Positions 1 to 12,646 of a stretch of DNA of 64,000 nt are shown one piece after another; within the stretch, counting starts at the first letter, position 1, and the number at the start of each line of letters is the position of its first letter. A program made the translations under genes and the position numbers. The notes beneath the pieces were generated by a model. It worked only from the letters and a program-made list of their open reading frames with translations. It was not told the DNA's origin and searched no databases. The DNA is from Lama glama (taxonomy: Eukaryota), in the NCBI GenBank assembly GCA_028534125.1, contig CM052817.1, positions 89,468,001-89,532,000 of the forward strand. Direction: 5' to 3'.

Positions 1-331
1 AGAGGAACCTAGCAAAGTCTGTTTGTTAAAATCCTTTTCTGTGTCCCACTGTCTCTGCGTGGTCCAGCAAACATTTGCTTACCAAACATTTGCTTTTCCA
101 TCTCCATGTAAGTTGCCTGCCTCCCCTTTGAGGTCCCAAGTCACTACTCCCAACATCCTCGTAAGGGCTTCAGCTCTTTGGGTGAGTTACTCAGTTTTCC
201 TGGATCTCTCCCATGTATATATGTTATTAAATTTTAAATTTTTCTCCTTTTAATCTGTCTTATGTCAATTTAATTCTTAGACCAACCAGAAGAACCTAGA
301 ATGGTAGAAAAAAAAATTCTTCCTTTCTGAC
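1..331 (+). mobile_element. 3' part of an ERV1-class LTR (cut by the window start)
   Basis: ATTAAA poly(A)-type signal near 226, followed by a U5-like tract (TCTGTCTTATGTCAATTTAATT...AGAAGAACCTAGAA) ending in ...TGACA. Confidence 0.6.
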
Positions 332-454
332 AACAAGACAAAGAAATTTAGGCTTTGGGTGCTTAATTAGTGAAGAATATAAACAAAGTTTGGGCTTAGC
401 GTATTAAATTACAGAAATAGCAATGTGTTTATATACACAGGCTTTTCAGATGAA

Positions 455-1099
455 TTTCCTGTCTTTGGTGATAAGTGTGTCCTCCTACTTCCAGATGCAG
501 ACAGTGTACCTTGCACATGAGAGATTTATTTCCTCCTTTCAGGAAGACAAAGGGGAAACTCAAAGCCCCTCTTGCATCTGCAGTTGTTTATGTGAGCAAA
601 GAATGTTGCCTGCCATCAGCCACTGTAGCCACCCCTGATGGTACACCCTGAGGAGAATTCAGGATGGAGAAAACCAGAAAGCATTCTATATGTTGGATAC
701 TGGTCTCAGTTAAGATACATATCTAAGAAATAATTTCACTGAGTCCAGACTCTTGCATCTTCCCATACATAGAAAGACACTGAAATCATTATTAACTTGT
801 GATGTCTGGTTTTTTGTGATTAGCAGAAATCTTCTGATGTTTAACTACGTTTTTTTTTCCAGCAAAACTCCCATACTTCTTCTTACCTCTATCCTCCCTT
901 ACCTCTTCTGAGCAGTTCCTCAGAGCTATCTGAGAGGCTGTGTCCCAGGCTATAGTCCTCAGTAAGATCCTTGAATAAAACTTAACTCGCAAATTTTAGG
1001 TTGTGCATTTTTCTTCAGTTGATACTTAAATAACTTTAATTCAAAATAATCAATTGCCATTGAGACATATTTTTGGGCGGCCTGCCCTGGGCCCCAACA
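455..1099 (-). mobile_element. ERV1 LTR fragment, split by the nested LTR at 591-1024
   Basis: Starts TGTTGGGGCCCAG on the - strand. 455-590 joined to 1025-1099 is colinear with the uninterrupted related copy at 18225-18418. Confidence 0.7.
591..1024 (+). mobile_element. ERV1 solo LTR (nested)
   Basis: TG start at 591, AATAAA at ~974, end GTTGATA (degenerate CA), 4-bp near-TSD TTTA/CTTA. Shares blocks (CTTGCATCTTCCCATAC, TTACCTCTT...CAGAGCT) with 16169-16640. Confidence 0.75.
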
Positions 1100-1294
1100 A
1101 AAGGTACTTTTTCTTTCACAGAAGTCTCCTATTTTTTCCCAACCCCTCTGCTGCTCCTGTGTTTCTTTATCTTTCCCTGACTCACATTGGCTCTCTGGGA
1201 GAGGGTGTGGTGGGTAGTTTGTTTAGTTAGTGAATTTCCCTATAAAAAAGAACCAGTAACACATTACTTGCCCTCTTGGAGGACACAGGCTTAC

Positions 1295-1372
1295 CTGTCT
1301 TGTGGCCTGGCCCTGTGCCCACTTCATGTCTCAGCCCAGATTCACCTCTATGAGTAAATTCTCTTCCACACA
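1295..1372 (-). CDS. Candidate 78-nt exon (CGREFTHRGESGLRHEVGTGPGHKT in the phase 1-1 frame), gene unidentified
   Basis: On the - strand: ctaac branch-like motif, catag acceptor and CAG|gtaagc donor. No homology recognised. Confidence 0.25.
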
Positions 1373-1719
1373 CTATGTAGTTAGGAAAGCAAACATGATC
1401 AAGAAGCCTGACTGGGAATAACTGAGAACTTGGATGAGAGGCTGTGCCTCCATAGAAGGTGACTTGGAAAAAGGCAAACAAACAAGGTGTTAAACCGATA
1501 AATAATACAGAAAGGGAAACCAAAGTGCCATATAATTTACATTTTTCTTACAGAAAAGAAAATCAGCCCTTCCTATCTGGATTACGAGCAAAGCTGATAC
1601 GACTGAGAAATGACCCAGAACTCCTGGGTAATTGACATGCCTTTCTCACCAGCTGATGTTACTCATTTAAAGGCTTCTTTCCCCTGTGACTCTAGAAGGC
1701 CACAGAAGCACTCAGTGGC

Positions 1720-2070
1720 ATGTTATTGGCTCAAAACCCCACAGCTGGGGGGTGCCCACCGTACTGCATGGACTTACGCAAACAGCAGACTTTGCTCCTT
1801 AGATGAGATAAGCACATCCGTCCACAAGATCACCACATTAAGGCGTATGGTGGGCAAGGAAGCCAACTGTCTGCCACTCCCCACAACCATGAAAGTCTAA
1901 GGGCATCAGAGTCCTAAAAGGGGCTGGGGCTCCTGAGGGTAGTACTGAAGCCTATGCTAACGGTCAGCTGGGAGGAGCTGCAGTGGTGCACCCGGAAGAG
2001 GGGTGAGCCTCCTCCTGACTGACCTAATCAGTGGTTTGCTGAGACTTTCTCAGAAATTATTGGCTTGGAT
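1720..2070. promoter_or_regulatory. Possible (bidirectional) promoter region
   Basis: Locally higher GC with retained CpGs, MYB-type CAACTG (1864) and TAACGG (1958), ETS CCGGAAG (1992), ATTGG boxes (~1725, 2059), and splice donors pointing away on both strands. Confidence 0.3.
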
Positions 2071-2401
2071 CCAAGGGCAAATCAAAACTGCCCTTTGGCT
2101 CTAACCTGATTTATTTTGGCTCTCTTGCCAAATGCCAAAGTCCACATTAAGGAAAAAGGTGATAGGAAGGTAAGGCAGGATTATTACTCAAATTTTAGCA
2201 ACAGCTACGCAGGTGAGCACCATATAGAGCCAGATAAAGAAAAAAAGTTTAAAGACAGCTGTGTTGGCTGCTCCATTAGTGCTCTTTACTAAAGGGAATG
2301 ATTCCTTCCGACCGTCCTCTGAAGGGAGCTCCTTCAGAAGAGCTTCATCCGGCTACAGAATTAAGTCTGCACAAGCAGATCAAGTTGATAGCAGTTATTA
2401 G
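1954..2401 (+). CDS. Candidate compact 3-exon ORF (1954-2002, 2141-2212, 2295-2401), ~75 aa, unidentified
   Basis: Donors gtgagc (2003, 2213), ctaac at 2101 with AG at 2139-40, AG at 2293-94, compatible phases, and AATAAA at 2455. Confidence 0.25.
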
Positions 2402-5122
2402 AGCTGAATTTCTTGGTTCTGAATTTTAAATGAATATAGACTATATCTACTAATAATAAATACATGTTTGGCATCTGTCACACAACAAAGCAACTTTTTT
2501 AAGAGGATTTTTTACTTCTATGAGTACTAAAAATCTCTCATGGAAAAGTGATAGGTGATTTGTTAGAGTCTGCTCAGATATCAGTGATTCACTGTGCTGA
2601 TAGGGTTACAAAAGCCGCTATTAAAACATGGCAAATTTCAAACTTAGAATCTCTGCTTCTGATAGAATAAGAAATATTTGTTCATTTAAAAAAATACGCT
2701 AAACTAAAAAGATGGATAGTAAAAGCTGCTAAAAGAAATTTGACTGGATTATGAGAATTACCTAACAAAATAATTCCTGTCCCACAGTTCCCATTTGCTT
2801 AGTTAGTGTTGTTCAGCCATCGACAGAATCATCTGAATAAAACAGGGATTTTTAAAGACATTAGACTCTTACTATCCCCTTCAAAGAGATAAAGTTATTA
2901 AAAACATATTTTTTTAAATGTGTTATTTGTCAGTGGAATTCTTTACAGGCTACTCCCAAGATAAGCACAGGAAGTTCTCCCTGACCAACTTTACCAAAAA
3001 ACAGGTGGAATTTCATAAAATCAAAATTTATAAAAAGGTTAAGAAATTTTGTCTAGTTATGGTACATATGATGCCTAAAATCTTTCCTTCTTCAAAAAAA
3101 TACAATGTTCAGGTGGTAGTAAAGACTCTTACAATGAACATAATTTCTACTTTTGTGTTACCAGAGCATTTAAATCAGACAGAGAAGAGAAAGTAATTTG
3201 ATTTTCATCAAATCATCCAGTAATTATGTAAATATTTATAGATTCCTAAAGTCCTAGTTCTCTGGAAAACATAATGAGTAAATCAAATTCTGAAAAATTC
3301 AGTAACTAAGATTCTGAAACCTGTTATGTCAAGATGGTCTTCAGCTTTACCACTAGCTTTGTTGAAAATCAGAGTAATTCCTACCAGAAAACACAGAATC
3401 TTTTTCTTTAAATTTATGTGTGGCAAGCCTATAAATTTAGGTCTGAGACCACGTCCTTAATGTGATTTGATTGAATTCTGTCATAATTGTGTTCAACATT
3501 TATAAGGGCTTCTGTTTTCCTTAGAAATCCTGAGACATAAAGTCATAAGGATCTAGAAGGACCTGGGAGAAGTCAGCCACCCCTACTGACCAGATTTTGT
3601 CCACACAAAAATGTTGTACAGGAAAGACAAGACAGGCTGTCATCATACTGGGAGAGACCTTTTCAACTGTTGCTATTGAAATGAAAAACAAAAAACCTCA
3701 TGGAGTCATGTTCCCCATGGGAATCTAGCTTCTCAAGACAACTAGACTGTGGTTCCCACAAAGGAAATTTTAGTTTTCCAGAATTATGTATACTGATACC
3801 TCAACTGAATGGAGGTATTCTAGCAAAGTTTTATTACTGTTCTTATTGGTGCACTGCTGTCCCATTCACAGCAAAGTTGTTTCAGTTATTTTAAGAATCG
3901 TATTTTATTAGAAAACAAACACATCACTCGTTAAACTATTTTTTTCTTTCTGTACTCTCAGAAATGGTTCCCACAACCTCTTTTCCAATCAGTTTTAAAT
4001 TGTACTTCCAGTATAACAGGGTATGGACTTACAAGTTAAGCTATCTGGTTATTGATAGAGTAAAAATGGATTATCTTCATTAGTCATTTTTGACAATAAA
4101 AAAGTAAAGGTAATTAATATGCATCCAGGTACTCAAGCTCTAAATTTGACACAAAAATGTTTTGTTCACTGGTTTGATTGGAGAATGAAATAAAAACAAC
4201 AACAAAATCCTAATAATAGACAAAAAGAAATTTGGCATTTATATATAGATTCTGAAAAGACAATTCTAATGTCACTTGATTAACTTTGAGATAATAGCTA
4301 TCTCTCATCCCAATATTGATAGGTAAGCAAAGGTGAATGCCTGCTAGTCATGTATATTTTATATTAGTTTATATTAGTTGCCTGTTATAATTATATGACT
4401 ATAAATTTAGACCCTGTGCAAAAAAACAAGTAGTCCATAGGGTGTCTTTATCTTCAAAACAATTAAAGCCACATATGTTGAATACTGGATTTTCAATCTT
4501 TACCTTTCAATGTGTGCCTCATATGAAAACCTTGATTCTACATGATGGCCACAAACGTCTTTGCGTTTCATATCTAGGAACAATTATGGGAAGACAGAAC
4601 AATTACTAAAGGGCCTAAATTGTTGTACAAATGTGATGGTACTTATGACTGAAATTCTGGGAAAATTTACTGTGCCTTACAAGGAAAATGCTTAATTAAA
4701 ATTTTAGATTATCAGGTTAAGCTATTACTTAGGCTTAGATTGGATAAGACTTTATAAGGAATGATATATTTAGCTAGTTATTCATTTGAAAATGCAAGTA
4801 ATAAAGACATCACAACTATTTGTAAAATTAATGTAAGACTAAGAACAATTTTGTGTGTTCCTAATTAAGAATTTGATGTAACCATTTACCATTTATATGA
4901 TATAGTCAAAGATTATTACTCCAGGCAAACAATGTATGGATTTTTTAAAATTCAGTGATTTTGTTATTTGATCAGAATCTGACAATGGCTTCACGTTATA
5001 CTTTACTATGGAGTTGCTGGTTATTTAGAGGGTGACAACTTACCCAGAGAAAGGTGACTACAGCAAGGGAGTTAAAAATTTGTAGTGTCACTGTATCTAT
5101 GTCTTAGTAATAAAGGGAAGAT

Positions 5123-5760
5123 TGTATGGGTAAATGCAAGCTGAAAAAGAAAAAAAAAATTCTCCCTGTTGAAAATAAGGAAACAGACTTCCATTCTCTC
5201 CTTTTCTTAGAATGTTTACTTTAGAAAACTTACTGAGTTTTATCGGTCTTTGAAATATACGTAACTGCTTTTAAATGCTAAATAAGCTTCTGTGACCCAT
5301 GGAAGTCTGAGTCATGGACCTGGGAACTGAGTCTTTAAAATGTAATCACCAAGGAAGATAGTAGTCCTGGGACGGCAGGAGACTTGCTTCAATTTGCAAA
5401 ACTATTACATGTCATAAATATATGAGAACTTATTTTTACTTTGGATAATACAGTCGGCCATCCCAATTACCAAGTGAATTTAGGAAAAACTATGTGTGAA
5501 AAATGGTGCTGTCAAGTCCTCTTAGTGAGAACTATATATTGTTTATCTTGGGAACACGTAGGTGATGGGCTGTATCTGCCTGGTTATATAAAAGAGTGAG
5601 ATTCCTTTCTGTCTTTGCAGTTTCTTAGCAGATTTCCTGTGATGGGCATCACATTCTACTGTCATGCTTATTCAATAATAAAACTGTTTTCTTTCTCTTC
5701 TGCCTTTGTGAAGAGATTTCCTGAGTTGGGAGGAGATTTTGTTTTTCATTATTTATCCTC
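5123..5760 (+). mobile_element. ERV1 solo LTR (MER89-like)
   Basis: TG start, TATAAAA near 5588, AATAAA near 5677, AGAT duplicated at 5119-5122 and 5761-5764. Confidence 0.7.
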
Positions 5761-7556
5761 AGATAGTGTCATAATTTTATTTGTTTACCTCAACCGACAG
5801 TGAATGCCTGAAAGGCAGAGTCCATATATTGCTCACATTTTTATACCTATGCTTAGTACTTATTAGGTATTCAATAAATGTAGGTTCAAACTTATTCTAG
5901 TCAGTCAACGTAATATTAAATACACGTATGATGATGAATGTTTAAAATGTTGTAAAAGAGAAAGTGCTCTGACTTCAAAAGGAGACTACAGCTCCTTGCC
6001 TCTAGCCTGCTCTTGTACCAGTTTTTCTCTCCTCTTCCCCAATAATCCAATTTCTTGCCTCAGAGTTTTTGAAATATTTTCCTGTGATTCTTCAAATCTT
6101 TACTTTTCATGGTTCTGTATCCCTGCTCCCCTTGCCCCCACCTCAGAAATGGCCTTTGATAATCAAATTCTTATTACTTACAGCCTACCCATCATGTTGG
6201 CAGTTGAATGTGTATCTTGGGAAGATAAAGGAAGGCTGAAAGATAGGAGTGGGAGGTAGATATACTTTTAAAGGTATATCTATGTGTACCTTCTAGATTG
6301 TGTTCTATGCATGCATTAGTTATTCAAAAATAGATCAATTATATTAAATATATTTTGATAGGAGAAATTTAATACAAGAATCACTTCCTGTAGGAATTTA
6401 CCTATTACCCTCCATTGGCAAGGCTGTTAGCTATGTTAAAGTAGAGCTCTGCTTTGGAACCAGTCACATGGTCACTGCTTAACAAAGGATTGCCTGGGTG
6501 AATGAATAAATAGGAGGAAGTTTGTGTTACCTGGTTATCAATGGCCCTAACATTTTAAGAAAAAAAAATCTATTACAACTGCTGTGGACAACAAATGACA
6601 AATCTTACTTCTAAACTTTCTGACTAAAGAAAAGAGGCAAATTTTAGAAAGAAGTTCGTCTACGTCTTGCAATCAACAGGTTTTTGTTCACATGGACAGG
6701 TTAAAAAAACAAACAAACACATTTTTAAGCAAAAACTCCAGATGAAACAGGTCTTTCTCAACCAGAGTGAAATTCTGTCCCTGCCTGTGAATGCACTGTG
6801 TTCACTGATTCCATTTCAGTGGCTCTCAACACAGACACTATTAAACTAAACTCTCCTTAAAGAGAAAAATCATTTCAAAAGTAAAACTCAATAATAATAA
6901 TTCTATAGCATACATCTTTCAAGAGGAATTTTCAGTATATTTGGTATTATGCCTCTCATGGATACTTAAAAAAGTTAAAGTAAAAACACCTGCTAAAAAG
7001 TAAACTGATCACAGTCATGATCATAACATGACTGTGATTATCAGAATGTCTCAAAGTGCTTGTTTATTTAATATTATTTATGTGAAAATTCTTAGACCAT
7101 TACGCAGCAGGTATTTCTCTCTGTTCCGTGTGCCGTATGAAATGTAGGGTATTTTGAAGTGAATGTTATAAAGTCAGAGGAGGATGTAAAGCAGCCTAAC
7201 TTCTTTTCAATGTAATCTAAGTTGAGAAAACCTACATAGGGAATAACTGGATAAAAGAAGCCATTCTGGATGAGTTAAGAAATAGCAGTGACCATAAGGA
7301 CAATGTTTTTTAAAAGTGCCTTGAGTGCAGCTGCATATTTGTTTTTAGGCTGTCTTTGCTTAATAATTAGCATATAAATGGTTCCAACTAGGATTGGAAG
7401 TTAACGTTTCATTAACCTCACTTACAATATCTAAAGGAGGCATCCACATTTAAATTCAGGGGGAAAATTAGTCTAACTGAATTCTCCTGAATATAATAAT
7501 CTTGAAGCAGCCCCAAACACATTGAGCACAGATCGAGCATCCCAAGCTCTATTAAG

Positions 7557-7558
<2 letters not shown>

Positions 7559-7591
<33 letters not shown>
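7559..7591. repeat. (AC)16 microsatellite
   Basis: Directly visible. Confidence 0.97.
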
Positions 7592-7592
<1 letters not shown>

Positions 7593-8059
7593 CTGGAATG
7601 AAAAGCTTTCCCGCCACTGTTTTCTCAAAGGAAATCTTTAGTAACATTTTAAGATACTGTCTTCTAATACTGAACTGAATATTTTCTCCAAAAACCCTTT
7701 CTTTCATTTAGTTATTTAATCATATGGCAATTTATTTCATATTTTATTCATTAATTTACTCGATGATCATCATTTAACAAATGCTTAAACAACAACTACT
7801 TCAGGTAAACCACAATTCTGGACCTAGTAGGAGACCCAGAGGTAAATAAGGGATGTGATCCTACCTTTATGGGGTCTGCTATCTAGTAGGGAAGATAAGA
7901 CTACAAACAAGAGGATGTTCAAAAGAATACGATGAGTTTTTAAAATTGAGTTCCTACTATGTGACTAGCACTGTGTTAAACAATTACTTTTATGTTGCGA
8001 TGCCATAAAACAGAGCTTATTAACATAGGGAGTTGAGAGAGATTTCTACCATCCAAGAG

Positions 8060-8310
8060 GCAGAGTGAATAAGGGTTAAGAACAAGGTCACTCAAACCAC
8101 AAGGCTTAGGTATGTATCTCGACTTACTCATTACTTCCACTGTCACCTTAGGCAAGCCATTTGAGGTCTCATTGTTTCAACCTCCTCATGTGTAAAAGGA
8201 AAATGAAAAGAAGGTTGCCTACTTTACAGGTTTTTGTGATAATTAAATCACTTAAGAAATTCCAGGCACTAAGAACTGTGTATGTAGTAAATGGTATAAT
8301 AAGTATTATC
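8060..8310 (+). mobile_element. MIR SINE
   Basis: MIR core-like TGTCACCTTAGGCAAG...CTCCTCATGTGTAAAAGG and GTGATAATTAAAT. Confidence 0.65.
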
Positions 8311-9420
8311 TTCTTTCATTTTGATGTTATCATGGAAGATTTGCAAAAGGATTGACAGTGTAGCTAACAGGTACCTCAACTGTAGATTCCTTTTTCTTTT
8401 TTCTTTTAAGTGAATTCTTATTTTTAGAAGTGAAACTAAATTGATGCTTCACTAGTACTGAATGTTTAGAAACAGCCTATGAGGCCCTCTCTGGCACTTT
8501 AGAACTATCGTGTTTGTGTTAGTAAAAGTACTGGACTGAGAGTCCAGCATACCAGTGATAATTCTAATTGTATAGTAATTGTTCTATAGTTTCAGCAAAT
8601 TACAAAGTTCTGAATTGTAAACTTCAATTTCGTAGTCCACAGAATAAGACACATTGTTGAGTGTACATGAGTAATGGGGGTGGGAGGGTCTTGCCTCAAA
8701 AGTATTAAAATAATACAACTGGAGTTGAAGGCCAATAGTATACCAGGAGGCACATCCAAGTCTTATATTATCAAGATTTGTGCCATGTACTGCAATTTGT
8801 GCTGCGTAACATTTAAGCACAAAAACACCTGTCAATCATAAAACAGCAGTCTTCTTGAGGTTAGGAATATTATATCTTGCTGATAATCAATAATCATGAA
8901 ACAGAGAACTGAATTTTAGTTGAGAGACTTTATGTAGAAATCTTATTCTTGGATCAATACCAAATGTGTATCTGTATCTGTATCTGTGTTTGTCTAGAAT
9001 TTATTTTGCTGTCTTCAGAAGAAAGAAAATTGTTATTACATTCTTTAAGCTCTATTTCAAATTGGTCTATTAAGGCTATCATGAAATAGACATCTTAATT
9101 AGAAGTTGTATTCAAACTGAAAATTTTTAAAAAGCACAAATATACTTCACTGTGATATATCTAAACAGTTAAATATATTTAACAGTAAAATGTTAAAATA
9201 CTTTTACTCTCTAGCCCTGTCCAGCTGGCATGGCCAGTAGGCCATCCCTCTGTTTTTGACCTTTCCAGATGTAATAATTATTTTAACTATGTGATATGAT
9301 TCTGTTCAAACTGGTTTCTATGTATTTATGTGCACATATACATGCATGTACACCTGCATATATATATAGTATAAATGGGACTATACAAAAGGTCGTATTC
9401 CATAATTAAAAATAACATTT

Positions 9421-9730
9421 GGACTTCTGGTTTCCTGTTCCACATGTAAGCAGCTTGGAAATTGCCATTCCATCCTAAAAAACAAGTGGAAGGCTGAACA
9501 GACTAAATAATCAACAACTATTCTAGGATCCATAAGTGAAGTAAGTACTCAGCACCCAAGACTGGAGAGACAAATAGACAAATACAGGGAATCATGGCTC
9601 ACCAGAGCAGAGACTCATGAGTAGAAATCACCATAGAAACTAATGCCAGGGTAGGAAGATCTAAACTGTAATTGAAAAATCTCTAATGGCTCAATGTGGG
9701 CAATCCTGAGACTTATAAATTCTGGGGGAA
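9421..9730 (+). mobile_element. L1M 5'-end (5'UTR) fragment
   Basis: Starts GGACTTCTGGTTTCC, typical of old L1M 5' ends, and directly precedes ORF2 sequence. Confidence 0.5.
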
Positions 9731-9789
9731 GTGGCAAAATAATGATGAAAAACTCCTGGAATGACAAAAAGAGTAACAACAGCAGCAAC

Positions 9790-11835
9790 AAAACCTCCTG
9801 GAACTAATAAGCAACTATAATGAAGTTGTAGAATAGAAGGTTAATACACAAAGTCAATCACTTTCTGTATTCTAGCAATAAACAAATGAAATTTGAAATT
9901 AAACATGATGCCATTTATATAAGTATACCAAAATGTCAATTACCTAAGTATTTTTCTGACAAAATATGTACAAGCTTTATATGTGTAAAACTACAAAACA
10001 CTGATGAACAAAATTAAAAAACAAGGACAAAATAAATGGAGAGATATTCCTGTTTATGGATAGGAAGATACAGCATATCAAGACGTCAGTTCTTCCCACT
10101 TTGATCTACAGATTCAATGGAATCTAAAACAAAAATTCCAGCAAGTTATTTTGCATATATTGACAAAGTGGTTCTAAAGTTTATTTGGAGTGGCAAAAGA
10201 TCCAGAATAGTCAACACAATACTGAAGGAGAAGAACAAAGTTGGTAGACTGACACTACCCAAATAAAAGACTTACTATAAAGCTATAGTAATAAAGTGTG
10301 GTGTTGGAAAAAGAATAGATAAATAGATCAACGGAACAGAATAGAGAGCCCAGAAATACACCCACATAGATATGGTGAACTGATCTTTGACAAAGGAGCA
10401 AAGATAGTCTTTTCAACAAATGGTACTGGAATATCCAAAAGCTAAAAAAGGAATCTGGACACAAATCTAATAACCTTCACAAAAATTAACTAAAAAATGG
10501 ATTATAGACCTAAATATGAGACACAAAGTTGTAAAACTCCTAGAAGATAATGTAGGCAAAAACCTAGATGACCTGGGTTATAGCAATGGCTTTTTAGATA
10601 CAACTATAAAGAATTATGTTCCATGAAAGAAGTAATTGGTAAAGTAGACTTTATTAAAATTCAAAACTTCTGCTCTGTGAAAGACAATGTCAAGAGAATG
10701 ATAAGACAAGCCACATACGGCAAGAAAATACTTGCCAAAGACATATTTGATAAAGGACAGTTATCCAAAATACACTAAGAACTTCTAAAATTCAATAGTA
10801 AGAAAACAAACAACCAGATTTAAAAAGTCAGCCAAAGATCATAGCAGATACCTCACCAAAGAAGATAAATAGATGATACATCAGTGTATGAAAAGATGTT
10901 TCACACCATATGTCATCAGGGCAATGCAAGTTAAAACAACAGTGAAATACCACTACGCACCTATTAGAATGACCAAAATTTGAAAGACTGACAACACCAA
11001 AAGTTGATCAAACTGTAGAGCAACAAGAACTCTTATTCATTGCTGGTAGGAATGCAAAATGGTATAGCCACTTTGGAGGACAGTTTGTTAGTTTCTTATA
11101 AGAGTAAGCATACTCTTGCTGTAAGATCTAGAAATTGTGCTCCTTGGTGTTTACCCAAAGGATTTGAAAACATATGTCTACATAAGAACACTCACAGGAA
11201 TGATTTTAGCAGTTTGTTCATAATTGCCAAAAATTGAAAGTAATCAAGATGTCCTTCAGTTGGTGAAAAGATAAACTATGGTACATCCAGACAATGGAAT
11301 ATTATTCAGTACTAAAAAGAAATGAGCTATCAAGTGATGAAAAGATACAGAAAATCTTAAATGCATATTACTAAATGAAAGAAGTCCCGTCTGGAAAGGT
11401 TACATACTGTATAATTCCAAGTATATGACGGTCTGGAAAAGGCAAAACTATGGAGAGAATGAAAAGATCAGTGGTTGCTAGAGGCTCAGGGAGGGGGAGA
11501 GAGGGATGAGTAGGCTGAACACTGAAGATTTTTACAGCAGTGAAAATAGTCTGTATGATATTGTAATGATGAATACATGTCATTATACATTTGTCCAACT
11601 CATAGAGTAAGCTATGTATTTACTAAGAAATGTGCAAAGGTAAGCTACTTACTTTGGGTGGTTATGATGTGTCATTGTGGGTTCATCAATTGTAACAAAG
11701 GTGCCCTTTGTTGGGGGCTGTTCATAATAGCAGAAGTTGTGCATGGAGGCAGGGGATACAGTATATGGAAAATCTCCTGTACTTTATGCTAAATATTGCT
11801 TAACTTAAAATTGCTCTTAAAAAATAAAATCTAAA
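9790..11835 (+). mobile_element. L1MC-type LINE-1: decayed ORF2 3' half plus 3'UTR
   Basis: Translates to LLELISNYNEV.. (ORF2 LLELINEFSKV) and CW*ECKMV*PLWRTV (ORF2 CWWECKLVQPLWKTV). L1MC 3'UTR AAAAGAAATGAGCTATCAAG and an A-rich end. Confidence 0.92.
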
Positions 11836-12109
11836 GAAAACTAAATAAACTGTCAAATGATATGTTTTATTAGAAAAAAAGCCACTTTTTGAAAAAGATT
11901 CATAATTAGAGCTCTATATTAAGAAACTTTCCTATCATTTCTCGGTCATTTACATTTATTCTTTGTGAAATGTCTTCATAATTTTCGTTAATTTTTTTTC
12001 TTTTTTAAGTAAGGCTTCTTTATAATTTTCCTTTTTTGTTGCATATATTGCAAATGTTTTTTGCCTAGGCTCTCAGTTGAGTTTGGTTTCACGGTCTTGT
12101 TATTATAAA

Positions 12110-12646
12110 CGTTACCAAAAAAGCTGACTCAGAGCAAAGCAATCTACTGACTCCCAGTCATGTTGAAAGAAAGTATATTATTTATTGCAGGGTGCTAAGC
12201 AAGGAGAATGAGAAGCTAGTGCTCAAAAGACCTGAACTCTGTAATGACTTTCAGGCAAGGGACTTTTAAAGGCAACATCAGAGGTGAGGGTCACAGAGTG
12301 CATGGACATTTTTCTGATTGGTTGGTGATGAGACAATAGGGTGATGTTTCGGGAATCTTAATCATCCACCAACTGGTTGAAACCAGTCTGGGGTCTACGA
12401 AGTTGTGGTCAGCATATAATCACCATCCTCCACTGAGAGGGGTCTTAGTTTCTGCAAAACAACTCAAAGATATATGTCAGATTGTTATCTATACGCCTTC
12501 AGGAGGAACTAGGAATCCTATGACTCTTTTGTTCTAATTATTAACTGTTTAAGTCTGCTCTTTGGAACTCAGGGAAGGCCAGACAAGAAGGGGACATAGC
12601 GTGGCTTGTACCTGGGACAAGCCCATCAGGGTCCTGCTCAATTTCA
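12110..12646 (-). mobile_element. ERV1 solo LTR
   Basis: - strand starts TGAAATTGAGCAGGACCC, TTTATT (reverse AATAAA) at ~12181, perfect 4-bp TSD TAAA (12106-09 and 12647-50). Confidence 0.8.

Noticed and set aside
10255..11792. ORFs of 65-75 aa
   Set aside because: Off-frame or antisense readings of decayed L1.
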